This document shows, piece after piece, positions 43,287 to 48,599 of a DNA stretch of 48,599 nucleotides (the stretch's first letter is position 1; each line of letters begins with the position of its first letter). Source of the stretch: an uncultured Aquificaceae bacterium (lineage in GTDB: Bacteria > Aquificota > Aquificia > Aquificales > Aquificaceae); NCBI GenBank assembly GCA_964509905.1, contig CAZDZN010000002.1, positions 1-48,599 of the forward strand, in the 5' to 3' direction. The notes beneath the pieces were generated by a model. The model ran no database searches, was not told the origin of the DNA, and was given only the letters and a program-made list of their open reading frames with translations. Position numbers and translations under genes: made by a program.

Positions 43287-44078
43287 ATGTTTAGAGCGAT
43301 GTGGACATCGGCAGCTGGTATGACAGCCCAACAGCAAAATCTTGATATTATATCTAATAATATGGCTAATGTAAATACGGTAGGCTACAAACAGCTTCAA
43401 CCGGTGTTTGATGATTTGATATACCAAACGGTAAAAGATCCAGGCATGGAAACCTCACAAAATTCTCAAAACCCTATAGGATATCAGATGGGGCTTGGTA
43501 CTTACATAGATGGCACTTACGGGATATTTACTCAAGGTAATGTTCAACAAACAGGAAACCCATTAGATGTGGCTATTCAAGGAAATGGCTTTTTTCAAGT
43601 TGCTATGCCAGATGGTACCATTGCATATACTAGAAATGGTCAGTTTCAATTGGATGCCAATGGGGACCTTGTTACAGCAGATGGGTATCTTATTCAGCCT
43701 CAAATGACAATACCTCCCAACGCCACCTCTGTAAATATAGGTCCAGATGGTACTGTGGCAGTTACCATTCCAGGTCAGACAGGTGTGCAAATAGTAGGTC
43801 AGCTTCAGCTTGCAAACTTCGTAAATCCAGCAGGTCTTAAAAGGATGGGAAATAATCTTTATGAGCAAACACAAGCTTCAGGAAACCCAATAATATCAAA
43901 TCCAGGTACTCAAGGTATTGGCACGCTTTTATCAGGTTATACGGAGGCTTCCAATGTCAATATCGTAAATGAGATGGTAAACCTCATCATAGCAGAAAGA
44001 GCATACCAGTTTAACTCAAAAGGAATTTCGGCAGCGGATACTATGATGTCCACAGCGGCAAATCTCTATACTGGTTAA
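43287..44078 (+). CDS. flgG: Flagellar distal rod protein FlgG
   Basis: SNNMANVNTVGYK, DVAIQGNGFFQV, YTRNG, EASNVNIVNEMV. Confidence 0.96.
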   Translation: MFRAMWTSAAGMTAQQQNLDIISNNMANVNTVGYKQLQPVFDDLIYQTVKDPGMETSQNSQNPIGYQMGLGTYIDGTYGIFTQGNVQQTGNPLDVAIQGNGFFQVAMPDGTIAYTRNGQFQLDANGDLVTADGYLIQPQMTIPPNATSVNIGPDGTVAVTIPGQTGVQIVGQLQLANFVNPAGLKRMGNNLYEQTQASGNPIISNPGTQGIGTLLSGYTEASNVNIVNEMVNLIIAERAYQFNSKGISAADTMMSTAANLYTG

Positions 44079-44779
44079 TGATTAAATCTTTTTTAGTTTT
44101 TTTGCTTTTAGCATTATCAATATCTTCTTTTTCAAAGCAGGTGCTTTTTGACGAAAAGTATGTGAACAATCTTATTAAAAGCCAGATACAAAAAGAATAC
44201 GGAAAAAATGTAAAAGTGGATTCGGTAAATTGCTTTATATATAAGCCTTTTTGGATAGACTCAAAAGCTATATCGGTAAACCTTAGAGTTCCTCCCCTTA
44301 GTCCAAACGCTTATGCCACGATAAACTTAAATTCAAACAATGTGCTCCAAAGAACTTACAATGTGATAGCTTATATAGAGTGGAAAGTGCCTGCGATAGA
44401 AGCTACAAAACTCATTCAAAGAGGACAGATTATCACAAAAGAGGATATAAAAAACGCCGTAAAATATATGAGATTTGTACCTCAAAACATGGTGGTATCA
44501 GAAAAACAAGTGATTGGAGCTACCGCTCTGACAAATATAGGTATAAATGAGCCCATTAAAGTGTCCATGATAAGCATGATGCCACTTATTAGATACGGTG
44601 ATATAGTGAGAGTGATATACGACAACGATTATATCAAGATCACCACAAAAGCAAAAGCTGTACAAAATGGATATCTTGGGAAATTTGTAAGGCTTCAACC
44701 TTTAGATAATCCAAAAACCTTTATAACAGGTAAAGTGATAGACAAAGATACGGTGCTTATAAGCCCAAATTCATATTAA
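44078..44779 (+). CDS. flgA: Flagellar P-ring formation chaperone FlgA
   Basis: SAF-like domain, IRYGDIV..KAKAVQNGYLG; follows flgG. Confidence 0.85.
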   Translation: MIKSFLVFLLLALSISSFSKQVLFDEKYVNNLIKSQIQKEYGKNVKVDSVNCFIYKPFWIDSKAISVNLRVPPLSPNAYATINLNSNNVLQRTYNVIAYIEWKVPAIEATKLIQRGQIITKEDIKNAVKYMRFVPQNMVVSEKQVIGATALTNIGINEPIKVSMISMMPLIRYGDIVRVIYDNDYIKITTKAKAVQNGYLGKFVRLQPLDNPKTFITGKVIDKDTVLISPNSY

Positions 44780-44791
44780 TTTCATGAAAAA

Positions 44792-46558
44792 ATGATAAAA
44801 TCTAATGATATGACTCCTAATATAAGTAAACTCGATAAAACCTTCTGGAAAGATTTTTTGCATATCACAAAACCATATTGGTTAGAATCTCCCGAGCGTA
44901 AAAAAGCTTGGATTTTGTTTGTGGTAATCGTATTTTTGAATCTTTTTCAGGTGTTTTTAAATGTGCTTTTTACAAAGTGGTATAAAGTTTTTTACGATGC
45001 ACTCCAGCATTTTGACGAAAAAGGTTTTTGGAAAGCCCTTATAGAGTTTAGTATATTAGCCACTCTTTTTATAATCACGGCGGTTTATGCTACGTACCTT
45101 CAGCAGATGCTCCAGATAAAATGGAGAGCTTGGCTCACCTCACACTACATATCCAAATGGGTCTCTGAGAAAAAGTTTTACTATATGCAAGTATTTGATA
45201 AAAATACTGATAACCCAGACCAACGTATCGCCGATGACATAAATGCTTTTGTCTCTCAAAGTCTTGGACTATTTTTGGGGCTTATGAGCTCTGTAGTAAC
45301 ATTTTTCTCATTCATTGGTATGCTTTGGGTGATATCGGGTCCTATCGGTTTTGAGGCTTTTCATATGAAAATTACAATACCGGCTTACATGGTATGGGCA
45401 GCGATTATATACTCTATACTTGGCACATATCTCACTGCCAAGATAGGTAAACCGCTTGTAAAGCTAAACTTTGACCAGCAGATGTTCGAAGCAAATTTTA
45501 GATTTGCATTGGTAAGAATAAGAGAAAACTCTGAGTCTGTAGCCCTCATCGGAGCTGAGGATAAAGAGCATAAATCTTTGATGGATACATTTAGATATGT
45601 GTTTCAAAATTATTGGCAGATCATGATAAGACAAAAAATGCTTGGATGGTTCACCTCCGGATACAACCAAATAGCCATCATATTTCCTATTTTGGTGGCA
45701 GCCCCAAGATTTTTCGCTAAAAAAATTCAGCTTGGGGATGTAATGCAAATAGCCAGTGCCTTTGGTCAGGTGCAATCCTCACTTTCTTTTATCGTAAACT
45801 CTTATACTTCTATAGCCACTTGGTATTCGGTGGTGGATAGGTTAAGAACTTTTGAGAAAAACATCAAAAATATAGAAGTTTCAAAACATCAAAGTAAAAT
45901 TACTATAATACCTTCTGTTGATAAGCTCGTGATAGAAAATCTCACTATAAAAGCCCCTTATTCTGATAGACTTATCGTCAAAGATTTAAATTTAAGCATA
46001 AACAAATACGAGCATACCATAATTATGGGACCTTCTGGCATAGGAAAATCCACTCTTATAAGGGCTATAGCTGGTATATGGCCTTTTGGAGAGGGTGTTA
46101 TAAAACTTCCGCCAAACCATATGTTTTTACCCCAAAAACCATACCTTCCTTATGGGAGTTTAAGGGATATTCTTTTATATCCATCCACTGACGGCAAAGC
46201 TATATCGGATGAGTATTTAAAAGAATTGTTGGAACTGGTGGGGTTAGATAAAATTGTAAAAGACTTAAATACAAAAAATCTTTGGTCTCAGGTACTATCT
46301 CCAGGCGAACAGCAAGCACTAAATATAGCCCGCGTCATACTCCATAATCCTAAATGGCTTTTTATGGATGAATCTACTTCTGCTGTAAGTGAAGAAAAAG
46401 AGTTGCTTTTATATAATCTAATACTTGAAAAAATCCCAGATATTACTATTATAAGTGTGGGACATAAGAAATCTTTGGAAAAGTTCCATGTGAAAAAGCT
46501 CCTTCTAAAAGAAAACATTCAATATGAATATATGGCTCAAGAGCTCACCTCTTTGTAG
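44792..46558 (+). CDS. ABC transporter, fused permease/ATPase (YddA / ABC_membrane_2 type); start may be 44810
   Basis: DNPDQRIADD, EANFRFALVRIRENSE, GPSGIGKS, LSPGEQQ, DESTSA. Confidence 0.9.
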   Translation: MIKSNDMTPNISKLDKTFWKDFLHITKPYWLESPERKKAWILFVVIVFLNLFQVFLNVLFTKWYKVFYDALQHFDEKGFWKALIEFSILATLFIITAVYATYLQQMLQIKWRAWLTSHYISKWVSEKKFYYMQVFDKNTDNPDQRIADDINAFVSQSLGLFLGLMSSVVTFFSFIGMLWVISGPIGFEAFHMKITIPAYMVWAAIIYSILGTYLTAKIGKPLVKLNFDQQMFEANFRFALVRIRENSESVALIGAEDKEHKSLMDTFRYVFQNYWQIMIRQKMLGWFTSGYNQIAIIFPILVAAPRFFAKKIQLGDVMQIASAFGQVQSSLSFIVNSYTSIATWYSVVDRLRTFEKNIKNIEVSKHQSKITIIPSVDKLVIENLTIKAPYSDRLIVKDLNLSINKYEHTIIMGPSGIGKSTLIRAIAGIWPFGEGVIKLPPNHMFLPQKPYLPYGSLRDILLYPSTDGKAISDEYLKELLELVGLDKIVKDLNTKNLWSQVLSPGEQQALNIARVILHNPKWLFMDESTSAVSEEKELLLYNLILEKIPDITIISVGHKKSLEKFHVKKLLLKENIQYEYMAQELTSL

Positions 46559-46676
46559 TGAATTTCAATCCCTTTTCATAAGTTCTGTTGTTGCTGTTTA
46601 CTGTAATGTACAAATATGATAGCATATATGGACATAGAGCCTTTTTAAGATAAATTTTTTAGCAAAAGGAGGCGTT

Positions 46677-47114
46677 ATGCTTAGTAGAGAGCTTATAGAT
46701 TTGATGAGAGATCTTTATGTGTTTCCAGTGGTGATAAACACTGTGTCTTTGGAGATGAAGCCTAACAGTGCTTTAATAAGCTGGATTTATCCAGTATCTG
46801 AAAATAGGCTAAATATTGCTCTTAGTGCAAAATCCAAAAGTGCTCAAAATACGATAGCAAACCCAAAAGTATGTGTTAGTTTGTTTGCTCAAGATACTGC
46901 TATCACGATTAATGGAAACGCTAAACTTGTAAAAGAAAAACTTGAAAACATACCTTTTGATGTATCGGCTTTTGCTATAGATATAGAGTCTGTAGAAAAT
47001 AATTTATTCCCTGGCGCTACCGTACTTGGGCCCATAGCTTTTGCTCATACAGGCAATGTTGAAAAAGTTGTAAACTTGGATAAAATTGTCATAGAACAGT
47101 TAAAATCCCTTTGA
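46677..47114 (+). CDS. Pyridoxamine 5'-phosphate oxidase-like FMN-binding split-barrel protein
   Basis: PNSALISW, SKSAQNTIANPKVCV..INGNAKLV; SD AAGGAGG. Confidence 0.7.
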   Translation: MLSRELIDLMRDLYVFPVVINTVSLEMKPNSALISWIYPVSENRLNIALSAKSKSAQNTIANPKVCVSLFAQDTAITINGNAKLVKEKLENIPFDVSAFAIDIESVENNLFPGATVLGPIAFAHTGNVEKVVNLDKIVIEQLKSL

Positions 47115-48599
47115 TTTTAAAAATAGCTACAGAATCAAGGAAGCTTCAAGAGGTTAGCACTCAAGACAAGGATCCCCCTCCGTTGGGGGCTCGTGTGTTT
47201 TTTTTAGCGAAATCTGGTGTAAAATCAGGCATTCTGTGGGCTTATGATACTAAAAGCCCAAAAATCATGGAAGATAAGAGAGAGATTTTATACATAGACA
47301 AAGTACCTATTGTAAATGGAAGCTTTTATGAAGCTTCAAAAGATGCTGGAGATTATTATGTCTATTCCCCTTGGGCTTTGATGGTAAAGCTTATCCCTAC
47401 TATCATGTTTAAAACTATAAGCGGAATCCTAATGCCCAAAGTCCAAGATACGGATTTTACCGACAAAACCTACAAAAAAGTTTTGAGGCTTTTAAAAAAA
47501 AGAGAATTAACGTTAGAAGAAGCTTACAAAAAATACGGAAAAGACAACATAAATTTTTATGTAAAAAAAGGATTTTTGGAGATAAACAAATCTGTAGAAC
47601 CCTTTGTAAAAACAGATTTTTTAACTCATAATCCTACCAAAACCCAAGGAGACCTTCTAAAAAAGATAGATATAAACATAGTAAGTGGGGATTACAAAAA
47701 ATTTTTGAAAGATTTAAAAGATGATGTTCAGACTTTTATACTAATACCTTCTAAATATGTATTTGAGGATTTAAAGGAAGTGTTCCCAGAGACTTTTTAT
47801 TTTACAAGCCCAAAAACTGCTCAAGAGGCAAGGGAGCACTACGAAAAGGCTATGAGTAGAAATGGTATTTTTGTAAGTACTTTTGTTGGTATGGCTTTGC
47901 CTTTTTTTAATCTTCAAAATATAATTGTTTTGGATGATATGTATGGAGATATCTATAAGTTAAAAAAAGAGCCATTTTTGGATTTTAGGAGAATGGCTTA
48001 TTATATGGCAAAGCATTATGGTGCCAAATTATATTATGTTTCAAATACCATGAGTATAAACGGGTATTTCTTATACAAAGAAAATAGGGCTAAACACAAT
48101 TACATAGACTTAAAACTTCCACACATCCAAATTGTTCACAAAGAAGATAGATCTTTTTTGATATCAAATAAAACCTTAGAGCTTATAAAGCAGAACGTGG
48201 ACAAGAAGATTTTATTTTATGTAAATAAATCCGGATATAGCTATGTTTATTGCCCTATATGTCAAGCTATTGATACATGTCCTTTCTGTGAACACTATAC
48301 TACTTATTTTAAAAGCCTAAATACTATAAAATGTACAAAGTGCGGCAAAGTAAACCAAGACAATATCTGTTCAAGATGTGGCGGTACGCTCCAAACCCAA
48401 GGAGCTGGAGTAGAGCAATACCAAGAGTACATCACGAGTTATTTTGGTATTAGGGATAATTTTTACTTTGAGGCTAAAAACGATAATTTTGATGTTGTAT
48501 TTATATTTTTGCTTGAAAATTTGTTGTTTGCTCCAGAGCTAAGCGCAAGAGAGATTTACCACAACAAACTTTGGAAACTTTGCCTAAAAGCCAAAGAAC
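47111..48599 (+). CDS. priA: Primosomal protein N' (PriA)-like, 3'-partial, helicase motifs degenerate
   Basis: My translation from TTG 47111 is open to the window end: LGARV 3'-binding-like motif, LPFFNLQNIIVLDD..YK, NKSGY-CPIC-CPFC-CTKC-CSRC-GAGVE. Confidence 0.85.
   Translation, partial: MILKIATESRKLQEVSTQDKDPPPLGARVFFLAKSGVKSGILWAYDTKSPKIMEDKREILYIDKVPIVNGSFYEASKDAGDYYVYSPWALMVKLIPTIMFKTISGILMPKVQDTDFTDKTYKKVLRLLKKRELTLEEAYKKYGKDNINFYVKKGFLEINKSVEPFVKTDFLTHNPTKTQGDLLKKIDINIVSGDYKKFLKDLKDDVQTFILIPSKYVFEDLKEVFPETFYFTSPKTAQEAREHYEKAMSRNGIFVSTFVGMALPFFNLQNIIVLDDMYGDIYKLKKEPFLDFRRMAYYMAKHYGAKLYYVSNTMSINGYFLYKENRAKHNYIDLKLPHIQIVHKEDRSFLISNKTLELIKQNVDKKILFYVNKSGYSYVYCPICQAIDTCPFCEHYTTYFKSLNTIKCTKCGKVNQDNICSRCGGTLQTQGAGVEQYQEYITSYFGIRDNFYFEAKNDNFDVVFIFLLENLLFAPELSAREIYHNKLWKLCLKAKE

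Noticed and set aside
46559-46676. Possible ncRNA or riboswitch in the intergenic gap
   Set aside because: No recognisable conserved motif or stable structure; fits a promoter plus SD

Overview
AT-rich, densely coding bacterial chromosome segment. Gene content and protein features point to Aquificae, most likely Hydrogenobaculum-like; this is inferred from remembered homologues, not from a search. Most of the window is housekeeping: mqnC (partial), bcp, hisD, folD, ligA, copA, guaB, coaX, mlaEFD, class I aldolase and PfkB kinase, flgB-flgC-fliE-fliF-fliM-fliN, pgsA, kdsD, ppa, acyP, pgi/pmi, metK, rimO, argH, three minor pilin-like genes, flgG-flgA, a YddA-type ABC transporter and a partial priA missing from the ORF track. 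I found no rRNA, tRNA, CRISPR array or intact mobile element. Best leads: (1) an intact gene made of an IS5/IS903-type transposase DNA-binding domain plus a Lys-rich tail and no DDE domain, which may be a domesticated transposase; (2) beside it, an excisionase-like HTH heading a metal-transport operon with a candidate operator; (3) a diguanylate cyclase / TonB-dependent receptor / YfiR-like trans-envelope module; (4) a PriA lacking its helicase motifs; (5) a window-wide pattern of -10 boxes 6-8 nt before ATG with no SD, suggesting leaderless mRNAs; (6) several single-base homopolymer frameshifts that may be assembly errors.
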